Assembly (NCBI GenBank): GCA_937920105.1
Contig: CALETH010000070.1
Location: forward strand, 73,484 to 137,483
Source of the DNA: an uncultured Bacteroidota bacterium
GTDB taxonomy: Bacteria > Bacteroidota > Ignavibacteria > UBA10030 > UBA8401
DNA: 64,000 bases
Reading direction: 5' to 3'
The position numbers and the translations under genes are program-made. The notes beneath the pieces were generated by a model. It had not been told where the DNA came from. It saw only the letters and a program-made list of their open reading frames with translations, and did not search any database. Below are positions 17,916-26,586 of this stretch, piece after piece (the first letter of the stretch is position 1; every line of letters starts with the position of its first letter).

Positions 17916-19160
17916 ATGTCTTCACAAAATAATAATATAGACCTCTCTTCTTTACGTATCCAAAGAAACGAATCAAAAACGACTTCAACTAATTCCACTT
18001 CTTCAAAAAAGAAATTGTTTATTTATGGTGGGAGTGGAATTGCTGTCATTGTAATATTGTTTTTTTTAGTAGGAGGAATTTTTACTTCCACCGAAGAAGT
18101 GGAAGTAGGAACGGTTTCTCTCGTATCACCATCCCAAGCAAATTCTATATTGAGTGCAAGTGGTTATGTTGTTGCTCAACGAAAAGCTGCCGTTGCCTCT
18201 AAAGGAACGGGTCGTTTAGAATATCTTGCTGTAATAGAAGGTGACAAAGTAAAAGAAGGTGAAGTGATTGGAAGAATAGAAAATAGTGATGTGGAAGCCG
18301 CACTTGCACAAGTGAAAGCAAATCTTACCGTTGCAAAAGCAACTATTATACAAGCAGAAGCGGAATTTGAAGAGGCACAAGCAAATTTTGAACGTCAGAA
18401 AAAATTATTTGAACAAAAAACAATTTCTCAAGCAGAATATGATATTGCGAATGCTCGTTTCAAAAAAGCAAATGCTGCAATAACATCGGCACGTGCTGCG
18501 GTGCAAGCCGCAGAAGCCAATGTTCGTTCTGCGGAAGTGCAAGTAGAAAATACTATTATTCGTGCTCCGTTTGATGGAACAGTGTTAACAAAAAATGCTG
18601 ATGTTGGTGAAGTAATTTCTCCGTTTGGTGCATCTGCTGGTTCGCGTGGAGCGTTAGTTACTCTTGCTGATATGAATTCTTTGGAAGTAGAAGCCGATGT
18701 TTCAGAATCTAATATCGAACGCATTCAACAAGGTCAACCGTGTGAAATTACGTTAGATGCTTTTCCCGAAAAACGGTACCGTGGAGTTGTGCATAAAATT
18801 GTTCCTACCGCAGATAGAGCAAAGGCAACAGTTCTTACAAAAATTCGTTTTGAAGAACGTGATGCTCGCGTACTTCCGGAAATGCGTGCGAAGGTAAGTT
18901 TCCTTAATAATGAAACAAAATCTGAAATAGATTCTTCTCCCAAAATTTCAGTTCCAGCATCAGCAATTACAACAAGAAATGAAAAGAAAGTTGTGTTTCT
19001 TTTAAAAAATGAAATAGTAAAAGAAATTCCGGTTGTATTGGGAATACCATTAGGAAGTGGAATTGAAGTAAAGCAAGGTCTTTCTGTTGGAGATAAAGTT
19101 GTTCTTTATCCTTCTGAAAAATTATCTTCAGGAAAAAAAGTAACTATGAAAGAAAAATAA
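17916..19160 (+). CDS. Efflux periplasmic adaptor (HlyD/MacA family membrane fusion protein)
   Basis: The product has an N-terminal TM, a lipoyl-like half (GRLEYLAVIEGDKVKEGEVIGRIE), a long A/E/Q coiled coil, IRAPFDGTV and a beta-barrel domain. Confidence 0.85.
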   Translation: MSSQNNNIDLSSLRIQRNESKTTSTNSTSSKKKLFIYGGSGIAVIVILFFLVGGIFTSTEEVEVGTVSLVSPSQANSILSASGYVVAQRKAAVASKGTGRLEYLAVIEGDKVKEGEVIGRIENSDVEAALAQVKANLTVAKATIIQAEAEFEEAQANFERQKKLFEQKTISQAEYDIANARFKKANAAITSARAAVQAAEANVRSAEVQVENTIIRAPFDGTVLTKNADVGEVISPFGASAGSRGALVTLADMNSLEVEADVSESNIERIQQGQPCEITLDAFPEKRYRGVVHKIVPTADRAKATVLTKIRFEERDARVLPEMRAKVSFLNNETKSEIDSSPKISVPASAITTRNEKKVVFLLKNEIVKEIPVVLGIPLGSGIEVKQGLSVGDKVVLYPSEKLSSGKKVTMKEK

Positions 19161-19172
19161 GTTTTTATAAGA

Positions 19173-19209
19173 GATTGCTTCTTCCGTTAAAATGGAATCG
19201 CAATGACAG
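19173..19209. repeat. 'gattgcttc…cgcaatgaca' palindromic repeat (second subfamily)
   Basis: The sequence is gattgcttcttccgttaaaatggaatcgcaatgacag. Related copies lie at 35420, 35475 and 48041. Confidence 0.7.
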
Positions 19210-19260
19210 TACAAATTAAAACAAGTATCAAATTTCAATTATCAATTAACTATTATACTT

Positions 19261-19929
19261 ATGTCACTCGTACAAGTACAAAACGTAACAAAAGTTTATA
19301 AGCGGGATACGATGGAAATTCCCGTACTCCAAAATATTTCTCTCAATGTTCCTGAAGGAGAATTTCTTGCGTTAATGGGACCTTCCGGTTCTGGAAAAAC
19401 CACATTGCTTAATCTTATAGCAGGAATTGACCAACCAAATAGTGGTTCTATTATAATTGGTGGAACAGATATTGCTGCATTAAGCGAATCAGCATTAGCA
19501 AAATGGAGAGCAAGACATATTGGTTTTGTTTTTCAATTTTACAATTTGCTTCCGGTGTTAACAGCGTATGAAAATGTTGAACTGCCGTTGGTTCTTACCA
19601 ATCTTTCCAAAAAAGAAAAACGCGAACACGTAGAAATGGCGTTAAAGGTTGTCGGACTTTCCGATAGAATGGACCATTATCCACGTCAACTTTCCGGCGG
19701 GCAGCAACAACGCGTTGCGATTGCTCGTGCAATTGTTACTGACCCTACTTTAATTGTTGGTGATGAACCAACCGGAGATTTGGATAGAAAATCTGCAGAA
19801 GAAATTTTAGTATTGTTAGAACGTTTGAATAAAGAATTCAAAAAAACTATTGTGATGGTTACGCATGACCCAACTGCTGCGGAACGTGCGCACAAAATTC
19901 AACATTTGGATAAAGGTGAGTTGAAGTAG
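19261..19929 (+). CDS. ABC transporter ATP-binding protein (MacB/LolD type)
   Basis: Walker A is GPSGSGKTT, the signature motif is [14 protein letters not shown], Walker B is [12 protein letters not shown] and the H-loop is VTHD. Confidence 0.95.
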   Translation: MSLVQVQNVTKVYKRDTMEIPVLQNISLNVPEGEFLALMGPSGSGKTTLLNLIAGIDQPNSGSIIIGGTDIAALSESALAKWRARHIGFVFQFYNLLPVLTAYENVELPLVLTNLSKKEKREHVEMALKVVGLSDRMDHYPRQLSGGQQQRVAIARAIVTDPTLIVGDEPTGDLDRKSAEEILVLLERLNKEFKKTIVMVTHDPTAAERAHKIQHLDKGELK

Positions 19930-19931
19930 AT

Positions 19932-20147
19932 ATGAATATCAAACCACAACCCAATCATCAATTATATCTTGAAATAATTCGTTCAATGACACCTGCACAA
20001 CGATTGCAAAAAGCATTTGAACTTTCTGCATTTAGTAAAAAACTATTTCTTGATGGTTTGAAAAAGAACTATCCAAATCTTTCAGAAAAAGAATTTCAAG
20101 AAGTCATGTTAAAACATTTACAAAAATGTTACAATCAGAATTATTAA
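19932..20147 (+). CDS. Small helical protein (71 aa), partner of the downstream nucleotidyltransferase; function unknown
   Basis: …MTPAQRLQKAFELSAFSKKLFLDGLKKNYPNLSEKEF…CYNQNY. It overlaps the next ORF by 22 nt and starts 2 nt after the ABC ATPase stop. Confidence 0.55.
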   Translation: MNIKPQPNHQLYLEIIRSMTPAQRLQKAFELSAFSKKLFLDGLKKNYPNLSEKEFQEVMLKHLQKCYNQNY

Positions 20148-20704
20148 AAAGAGTTATTGATGTTTTAAATAAAAACGGAATTGATTACATGATTACTGGT
20201 TCAATTGCTTCCAGTCTTCACGGAATACCACGTTCAACGCACGACATTGATATTATTGTCATGTTAAGTAAAAAAGATATTGCTGTTTTTATACAATCAT
20301 TTCAAACACCAGAATTTTATATAGATGAACAAAGTATTATTGATGCAATGAAATACAAAAGTATGTTTAATCTTATTCATCTTAAAGAAGGAGATAAAGT
20401 AGATTTTTGGATATTAACAGAAAGTGATTTTGATACCACTCGTTTTTCAAGAAAGTATGAAGAAAAAATAAGTGATATAAAAGTAAAAGTGAGTACACCG
20501 GAAGATACCATTTTATCTAAACTACAATGGGCAAAACTATCAGATGGAAGTGAAAGACAATTATATGATGCCACAAGAGTGTATGAAATACAATATCATA
20601 AATTAAATATTTCTTATATAGAACAATGGGTTAAAAAATTACAATTAACAAAATATTGGAATCAACTCTTAAAAATTTCTCAAGACGAAAGTGAGTCAAG
20701 ATAG
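20126..20704 (+). CDS. Minimal nucleotidyltransferase-fold protein (Pol-beta superfamily), TA/defence-like
   Basis: GSIASSLHGIPRSTHDIDII fits the hG(G/S)x9-13Dh(D/E)h NTase signature. The product is 192 aa. Confidence 0.65.
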   Translation: MLQSELLKRVIDVLNKNGIDYMITGSIASSLHGIPRSTHDIDIIVMLSKKDIAVFIQSFQTPEFYIDEQSIIDAMKYKSMFNLIHLKEGDKVDFWILTESDFDTTRFSRKYEEKISDIKVKVSTPEDTILSKLQWAKLSDGSERQLYDATRVYEIQYHKLNISYIEQWVKKLQLTKYWNQLLKISQDESESR

Positions 20705-20706
20705 AT

Positions 20707-20958
20707 ATGATAGAAGTAGCAATGGAAAAATATCTAACGCGAATAATTCCCAATCTTGAAAAAACATGCGTTGGTGTATCACCAGAGGAAATAGACCAAA
20801 TAGAAAAAATAGCTGGTGAACCACTTCCATTATTTTATCGTTGGTTTTTATCAAAAATGGGAAGGAATAACAATATTTTTAGTCCAGATTATTCGGTACA
20901 GACGATTCTTAAAACTTATGCAGAGGGCGATATTGTTCCAGAGTCAGGATTACTATGA
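20707..20958 (+). CDS. SMI1/KNR4 (SUKH-1)-like protein, N-terminal portion
   Basis: …SPEEIDQIEKIAGEPLPLFYRWFLSKMG… matches the SUKH-1 'I..hE..hg..LP..Y..Fh…G' opening motif. It stops in an ATGA overlap with the next ORF. Confidence 0.55.
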   Translation: MIEVAMEKYLTRIIPNLEKTCVGVSPEEIDQIEKIAGEPLPLFYRWFLSKMGRNNNIFSPDYSVQTILKTYAEGDIVPESGLL

Positions 20959-21446
20959 TAGGATATATTGAAGACCAAATAATGCCTTCCTATGATTTTT
21001 ATGATTTAACTTGTCAAACACGAGAAGATGCTTTAGTATTAAATAGACTTGTGGATGATAGTATTTATAGAAAAAGTTTTGAAACTTTTTATGAACGTTT
21101 AGCATGGAGTGCAATGTTGGCTTATGGATTTAGCAATTTCAAAAATTCATGCAAGGCAACATTAACAGATACAAATTCAAACGTGCTTGAAACACTTCGT
21201 ATTGAAATGAATAAATTAAGTTTTACAGAACCAATTCCAACGGGTTCTTTTTGTGGAATTTTTGAACGAGATGATATTAAAATGACGTGTACTATTACAC
21301 CAAGTAAAGACCCTAAAAAATACATATTTTTTCATGTGGGTAGTAAAGATAAAGCAACAATTCAAAAATTTCTTACTACTCTTACTGAAAATACATCATT
21401 ATCGATAGATAAAACATTTTTAGAATATTCACGAATTTCAAATTGA
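20955..21446 (+). CDS. Hypothetical protein; possibly the frameshifted continuation of the SUKH-like ORF
   Basis: It starts MIGYIEDQ… in the -1 frame relative to 20707..20958. No independent motif was recognised. Confidence 0.45.
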   Translation: MIGYIEDQIMPSYDFYDLTCQTREDALVLNRLVDDSIYRKSFETFYERLAWSAMLAYGFSNFKNSCKATLTDTNSNVLETLRIEMNKLSFTEPIPTGSFCGIFERDDIKMTCTITPSKDPKKYIFFHVGSKDKATIQKFLTTLTENTSLSIDKTFLEYSRISN

Positions 21447-21496
21447 GTTTTGTATCAAAAAAGAAATAAAATATTTACATATAAAAACATTATCCT

Positions 21497-22654
21497 ATGA
21501 AAATCTTTAAAATAGTTTCTCGCAATATTTTGCGACACAAACTCCGCACACTTCTCACCATTCTCGGAATTTCCATTGCAGTCATGGCGTTTGGGTTGCT
21601 TCGCACTATTGTAACGGCATGGTCTGCGGGAGTGGAGGCCTCTGCTGCGGATAGATTAATTACGAGACATGCTGTTTCGTTTATTTTTCCGTTACCACTT
21701 TCTTATAAAGAGCAAATTGCCAAAATCGATGGTATCACTAATATAACCTATCTTAATTGGTTTCAAGGAATTTACATTGATGAACGCCAATTTTTTCCGC
21801 GACTCGCTGTTGACCCTGAAACTGTTTTTGATGTCTATCCAGAATTTATTCTTTCATCCACTGAACTTGAAAATTTCAAAAAAGAAAGAAACTCTTGTGT
21901 TATCGGAGAAAAAATTGCCAAACAATATAATTTAAAAATCGGAGACGTTATGCCTGTTACCGGAGATATTTATCCTGGTCAATGGGAATTTATTGTGCGT
22001 GGAATTTATAAACCGAAAGATAAAACTACGGATGCAACACAAATGTTTTTTCATTGGGCATATCTTGATGAACGGATGAGACAAGAATCTCCATCACGTG
22101 CAGGAATGGTTGGCTGGTATGCAACTCGAGTTGCTAATCCGAATCAATCCGCAGAAGTTTCGCAAGCCGTTGATAATCTTTTTGCAAATTCTCGAGCAGA
22201 AACAAAAACGGAAACAGAAAAGGCCTTTCAACAAAGTTTCGTTTCGCTTTCCGGAGCAATTATTACTTCGTTAGAAATTGTTTCGTATGTGATTATCGGA
22301 ATTATTTTACTCGTACTTGCCAATACAATGATTATGACTGCTCGCGAACGTATTCGTGAATATGCTGTGTTGAAAACACTCGGTTTTACTTCATTGCATA
22401 TTGGCGGATTAGTATTTGGTGAATCTATGTTTATTGCTATGTTAGGCGGCATTATTGGAATTGCCATAACATTTCCGTTGTGTGCTGGTTTTGGTGCAGC
22501 ACTTTCAACATTTTTCCCAATATTTAATATAGCGCCATCAACATTGGTGCTTGCAGCACTATTTTCACTTTCCGTTGGAATTTTTGCTTCACTTTTTCCA
22601 GCAATTCGTTCTATGAATATGAAAATTGTGGATGGATTGAGACAGATTGGGTAA
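21497..22654 (+). CDS. ABC transporter permease (FtsX/MacB-type, 4 TM with a periplasmic core domain)
   Basis: The N-terminal TM is RNILRHKLRTLLTILGISIAV. A large loop follows, then the C-terminal FtsX block REYAVLKTLGFT and 3 TM segments. Confidence 0.9.
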   Translation: MKIFKIVSRNILRHKLRTLLTILGISIAVMAFGLLRTIVTAWSAGVEASAADRLITRHAVSFIFPLPLSYKEQIAKIDGITNITYLNWFQGIYIDERQFFPRLAVDPETVFDVYPEFILSSTELENFKKERNSCVIGEKIAKQYNLKIGDVMPVTGDIYPGQWEFIVRGIYKPKDKTTDATQMFFHWAYLDERMRQESPSRAGMVGWYATRVANPNQSAEVSQAVDNLFANSRAETKTETEKAFQQSFVSLSGAIITSLEIVSYVIIGIILLVLANTMIMTARERIREYAVLKTLGFTSLHIGGLVFGESMFIAMLGGIIGIAITFPLCAGFGAALSTFFPIFNIAPSTLVLAALFSLSVGIFASLFPAIRSMNMKIVDGLRQIG

Positions 22655-22696
22655 GAATATCTTATAAAAATATTTTTCTAATTAAATTTTATCTTT

Positions 22697-23866
22697 ATGA
22701 AAATACCACTCAGTTATAACTTTCGAAATTTATGGGCACGCCGTTTAACAACATCACTCACCGTTGGAGGTGTTGCATTAGTAACATTTGTATTTTCTGC
22801 AGTGTTAATGCTTGCGTATGGATTGCAAGAAACACTCGTTGGCACTGGCTCGGATGACAACGTTCTTCTCATTAGAAAATCTGCACAAAGCGAAATGATA
22901 AGTTCTGTGGGAAGAGAATCTGCAGACATCCTTCGCTCACAACCGGAAATTACACTTGCTGCAGATGGAAAACAACTTGTTTCCAATGAAGTAGTTGTGA
23001 TTATCAACTTAAAGAAAAAAGAAACTAATGAAATGGGAAATGTTACCGTACGCGGAATTAATCCCAAAGGATTAGAAATGCGGCCACAAGTAAAATTAGT
23101 GGAAGGAAGAATGTTTAATTTTGGTTCATCCGAAATTGTTGTAGGAAGCAATGTGTATGAAAGATTTCAATCTACAGCGATTGGACAAACGATTCGCTTT
23201 GCAGGAAGCAACTGGACAATTGTTGGTGTGATTGATGCGGGCAAAAGCGGATTTTCTTCCGAAGTGTGGGGAGATGCAGAACAACTCATGCAGGCATTTA
23301 ATCGTCCCGTATACTCATCAGTTCTTATGCGGCTGCGTGATGCAAATGATTTTGATGCATTGAAAACAAAAATTGAAGCAGACCCGCGTTTGCAACAATT
23401 AGAAGTAAAAAGAGAAAAACAATATTATGCAGAACAATCCGAAATGATGGCGGGATTTATAAAAATTTTGGGAATGGTGGTAACAATCATTTTTAGTTTT
23501 GGTGCAATGATTGGTGCAATGATTACGATGTATGCTGCTGTTGCTAATCGTACTGTAGAAATTGGAACATTGCGTGCGTTAGGATTTCAACGCAGTACGG
23601 TGCTTACCTCATTTTTATTAGAATCATTATTGCTTTCGCTTATCGGAGGTGGTGTTGGGTTATGTCTTGCATCGCTTATGCAATTTATTACAATTTCCAC
23701 AACAAACTTTGGTACTTTTTCTGAATTGGCGTTTGGATTTGTTCTTTCACCCTCAATAGTTGTTTCAACATTAATTTTTTCTTTAGTGATGGGTTTTGTT
23801 GGTGGATTTTTACCAGCGTTTCGTGCAGGTCGGCTAAATATTATTAATGCGTTGAGAGCAAGTTAA
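22697..23866 (+). CDS. ABC transporter permease (FtsX/MacB-type), second paralog
   Basis: RNLWARRLTTSLTVGGVALV, VEIGTLRALGFQ and a C-terminal 3-TM bundle are present. Confidence 0.9.
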   Translation: MKIPLSYNFRNLWARRLTTSLTVGGVALVTFVFSAVLMLAYGLQETLVGTGSDDNVLLIRKSAQSEMISSVGRESADILRSQPEITLAADGKQLVSNEVVVIINLKKKETNEMGNVTVRGINPKGLEMRPQVKLVEGRMFNFGSSEIVVGSNVYERFQSTAIGQTIRFAGSNWTIVGVIDAGKSGFSSEVWGDAEQLMQAFNRPVYSSVLMRLRDANDFDALKTKIEADPRLQQLEVKREKQYYAEQSEMMAGFIKILGMVVTIIFSFGAMIGAMITMYAAVANRTVEIGTLRALGFQRSTVLTSFLLESLLLSLIGGGVGLCLASLMQFITISTTNFGTFSELAFGFVLSPSIVVSTLIFSLVMGFVGGFLPAFRAGRLNIINALRAS

Positions 23867-23894
23867 TCTGAGAAATGAAATATGTAAGTAACTA

Positions 23895-23927
23895 ATCATT
23901 CCCGCGAAAGCGGGAATCTATTTTTTA
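23895..23927 (+). repeat. 'atcattcccgcgaaagcgggaatc' hairpin repeat followed by a T-run; likely doubles as the operon terminator
   Basis: The stem is cccgc/gcggg with a GAAA loop, followed by tatttttta. It lies 29 nt after the permease stop. Confidence 0.6.
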
Positions 23928-23946
23928 TACATTTATCTAAAAAAAT

Positions 23947-24705
23947 ATGTTACAAGAAGGTACTGTAAAAACAACGATTACAAAAAATATTGCTACTATT
24001 ACGTTTTTTCATCCCCAAAAAAATTCTTTACCCGGAATTCTTTTGCAAAAATTTGCAGATGAAATTACTCACGTTTCTGCGAATAAAGATGTAAGAGTTA
24101 TTATCCTTCGTAGTGAAAGTGAAAACGTTTTTTGTGCAGGTGCATCCTTTGCAGAATTACAAGCAATACATTCTCCCGAAACAGGAAAAAAGTTTTTTAT
24201 GGGATTTGCAAATCTCATTCTTGCAATGAAAAAAAGTCCCAAAATAATTCTCACACGCGTACAAGGAAAAGCCGTTGGTGGCGGTGTTGGAATTATTGCT
24301 GCATCAGATTATGCCATTGCTCATCAATCGGCTTCAATAAAACTGAGCGAGTTAGCATTAGGGCTTGGTCCATTTGTGATTGGACCCGCTGTAGAACGAA
24401 AAGTTGGAGCAGCAGCATTTTCTGCATTAGCATTAGATGCTGATTGGAGAGATGCACTGTGGGCAAAACAACACAATCTTTACACCAACGTTTTTGAAAA
24501 TATTGTTGATGTTGATAAGGAAATAGAAAAGTTTTCACAAAAACTTTCTACCAATAATCCGGAAGCATTAGCAGAATTGAAAAAAGTTTTTTGGGAAGGA
24601 ACAGAAAACTGGAATACAGTATTAGAAAAACGTGCAGAGATGAGTGGAAAATTAGCAATGTCTGAATTTACAAGAAATGCCATTGCTGCGTTTAAGAATG
24701 GGTAA
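23947..24705 (+). CDS. Enoyl-CoA hydratase/isomerase (crotonase) family protein
   Basis: …RVIILRSESENVFCAGASF… and …QGKAVGGGVGIIAASDYAIA… are the crotonase oxyanion-hole blocks. Confidence 0.85.
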   Translation: MLQEGTVKTTITKNIATITFFHPQKNSLPGILLQKFADEITHVSANKDVRVIILRSESENVFCAGASFAELQAIHSPETGKKFFMGFANLILAMKKSPKIILTRVQGKAVGGGVGIIAASDYAIAHQSASIKLSELALGLGPFVIGPAVERKVGAAAFSALALDADWRDALWAKQHNLYTNVFENIVDVDKEIEKFSQKLSTNNPEALAELKKVFWEGTENWNTVLEKRAEMSGKLAMSEFTRNAIAAFKNG

Positions 24706-24732
24706 GTTTATTGTAAGAATATATAAAAACAC

Positions 24733-24766
24733 AAAACCCTTTCAAATTTCTTGAAAGGGTTTTTTA
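24733..24766. terminator. Bidirectional intrinsic terminator between convergent genes
   Basis: ccctttcaa (24737-24745) pairs with ttgaaaggg (24751-24759). It is flanked by an A-run upstream and a T-run downstream. Confidence 0.75.
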
Positions 24767-24803
24767 TTGGTAGATTCCTAATTAAAATTTTAAGGAAGTA
24801 TAC

Positions 24804-25946
24804 TTATTTAGAAGAAACTAAAACTGGAACTTCTTCCGAAGATTTTTTCTTTTTACGATTATGTTTTTTTTCAGAAATCGCTTCTTTACTTTTTTCGTTT
24901 TTTTCTTCCTTTACATCCGGATAATGATAAATATCATTTTTATAATTTCTCATGACAATATCATCACCATTACGTCCTAAAATATATTGTGGAAGTAAGG
25001 GAATTTTTCCACCACCACCGGGAGCATCAATAACATAGTGTGGAACAGCAAGCCCAGAAGTGTGTCCGCGTAATTTATCCATAATATTTAAACCAACACT
25101 TACTGGTGTTCTAAAATGATTTGCTCCTTTCGTAATATCTGCTTGATACAAATAGTACGGTCTCACGCGCATTGCTAATAATTTTCTCATTAATTCTACC
25201 ATCACATCTGGGTCATCATTTACACCTTTCATAATTACCGCTTGGTTTCCTACGGGACATCCTGCATCCGCAAGCATTTCGCATGCTTTTTTTGCCTCTG
25301 GTGTACATTCCCATGGATGATTAAAATGTGTATTGACATAAATAGGATGATATTTTTTTATCATCTTACATAATTTGGGTGTGATGCGTTGTGGAAGTAC
25401 GCATGGCATTTTTGTACCAAGACGTATAATTTCTACATGGGGAATTTGACGAAGTCCGGCAAGAATTTTTTCTAACATGATATCTGTTAACATTAACGGG
25501 TCTCCGCCGGAAAGTATCACATCACGAATTTCCGGATGAGCAGCAATGTAATCCAAACCGCTTTGGATGTACTTCATACTAATTTTTCCGGAATCTCCCA
25601 CTTTTCTTTTTCGTGTACAAAAGCGACAATACATGGAACACTGACTTGTTGTTAAAAATAATGCACGGTCAGGATAACGGTGAGTGATGCTGGGAACTGG
25701 ACTATCTCTATCTTCATTTAATGGGTCTGTTGGAAAATCATCATCTTCCAATTCAATTGCATCAGGAATACATTGCAACCAAATCGGGTCGCCGGGATAA
25801 CGAATGAGACTAAGATAGTATGGGTTAATGCGAATGTGAAATAGTGTGTTGAGTTTATCGGCGAGTTCCTTATCAAATCCAAAACGTTCAACAAGGTCTT
25901 TTCCGCTATCAACGCTTGCTCGTAGCATTTCCTGCCAGAGTTCCAT
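24804..25946 (-). CDS. kamA: Lysine 2,3-aminomutase family radical-SAM/PLP enzyme (KamA/AblA-like) with a Lys-rich C-terminal tail
   Basis: The radical-SAM cluster motif is CSMYCRFCTRK. The PLP-lysine block is DAPGGGGKIPLLP, and SGGDPL is present. The 380-aa product ends in …KKHNRKKKKSSEE…. Confidence 0.9.
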   Translation of the reverse strand: MELWQEMLRASVDSGKDLVERFGFDKELADKLNTLFHIRINPYYLSLIRYPGDPIWLQCIPDAIELEDDDFPTDPLNEDRDSPVPSITHRYPDRALFLTTSQCSMYCRFCTRKRKVGDSGKISMKYIQSGLDYIAAHPEIRDVILSGGDPLMLTDIMLEKILAGLRQIPHVEIIRLGTKMPCVLPQRITPKLCKMIKKYHPIYVNTHFNHPWECTPEAKKACEMLADAGCPVGNQAVIMKGVNDDPDVMVELMRKLLAMRVRPYYLYQADITKGANHFRTPVSVGLNIMDKLRGHTSGLAVPHYVIDAPGGGGKIPLLPQYILGRNGDDIVMRNYKNDIYHYPDVKEEKNEKSKEAISEKKHNRKKKKSSEEVPVLVSSK

Positions 25947-25967
25947 AAAGTGATGCCTTTATATTGT

Positions 25968-26441
25968 TTATAAATATTTTCCGTAAATAAGAAGAGCGTC
26001 GTTAGGTTTATAATATCCTTCAATGCACGCCAAACATTGAAAGCCCTTTTTTGTGTAAAACATTCTTGTCATTTCGTACGGTGATGTTGATGATGTTTCC
26101 GCAATCAACAATCGTCCATTTTTTTTTCGCAAATAATTTTCTACATATTCTAATAGTTGTGTTCCGATTCCTTTATTGTGTAATGATGGTTCTGTTGCAA
26201 TCCAATATAAATCGTAGGTTCCCTGTGTTGCTGGTGTTGGACCAATACAAATATATCCTTTTGCAATATCTTTTTCATCAACATACACAAATATTTCATA
26301 ATCTTTTTGTGATGGTTGTGTAAGAACGATTTCTACTAATTCATCAGCAATATCAATTTCTTCTTTGCTAAAAACTTTTGTTGCTGTAACAATGTTGTGA
26401 ATTTCTTGTGCATCTTTTTTTTGTAAAGAACGAATAGACAT
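25968..26441 (-). CDS. GNAT family N-acetyltransferase (possible beta-lysine acetyltransferase analog)
   Basis: The acetyl-CoA binding block is …ATEPSLHNKGIGTQLLEYVENYLRKKNGRLLIAETS… (Q/RxxGxG/A type). The product is 157 aa and ends 21 nt upstream of kamA. Confidence 0.85.
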   Translation of the reverse strand: MSIRSLQKKDAQEIHNIVTATKVFSKEEIDIADELVEIVLTQPSQKDYEIFVYVDEKDIAKGYICIGPTPATQGTYDLYWIATEPSLHNKGIGTQLLEYVENYLRKKNGRLLIAETSSTSPYEMTRMFYTKKGFQCLACIEGYYKPNDALLIYGKYL

Positions 26442-26447
26442 ATACTT

Positions 26448-26586
26448 TTAAACTATGATTAAATGATAAGTATGAATACTATGAGTATGATTTTTTCGAT
26501 TATACATCATTATTATCATGAAAATCATTGAATCATAGTTTTAGAAAAATGTATAGTCATCATAAAATCATTTAATCATAGTTTAA
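26448..26586. repeat. MITE-like 139-bp element bounded by perfect 20-bp inverted repeats ('aactatgat…atcatagtt' family)
   Basis: ttaaactatgattaaatgat (26448-26467) is the exact reverse complement of atcatttaatcatagtttaa (26567-26586). An internal third partial copy is present (gaatcatagtt). The right arm contains the stop codon of the upstream ATP-grasp gene. Confidence 0.7.

Noticed and set aside
24804-25946. Interpreting the aminomutase as EpmB (EF-P beta-lysylation), or the cluster as clostridial lysine fermentation.
   Set aside because: No epmA (LysRS paralog) or efp is adjacent. No kamDE, kdd or kce genes are present. The neighbours are a GNAT and ATP-grasp ligases, which fit neither pathway.
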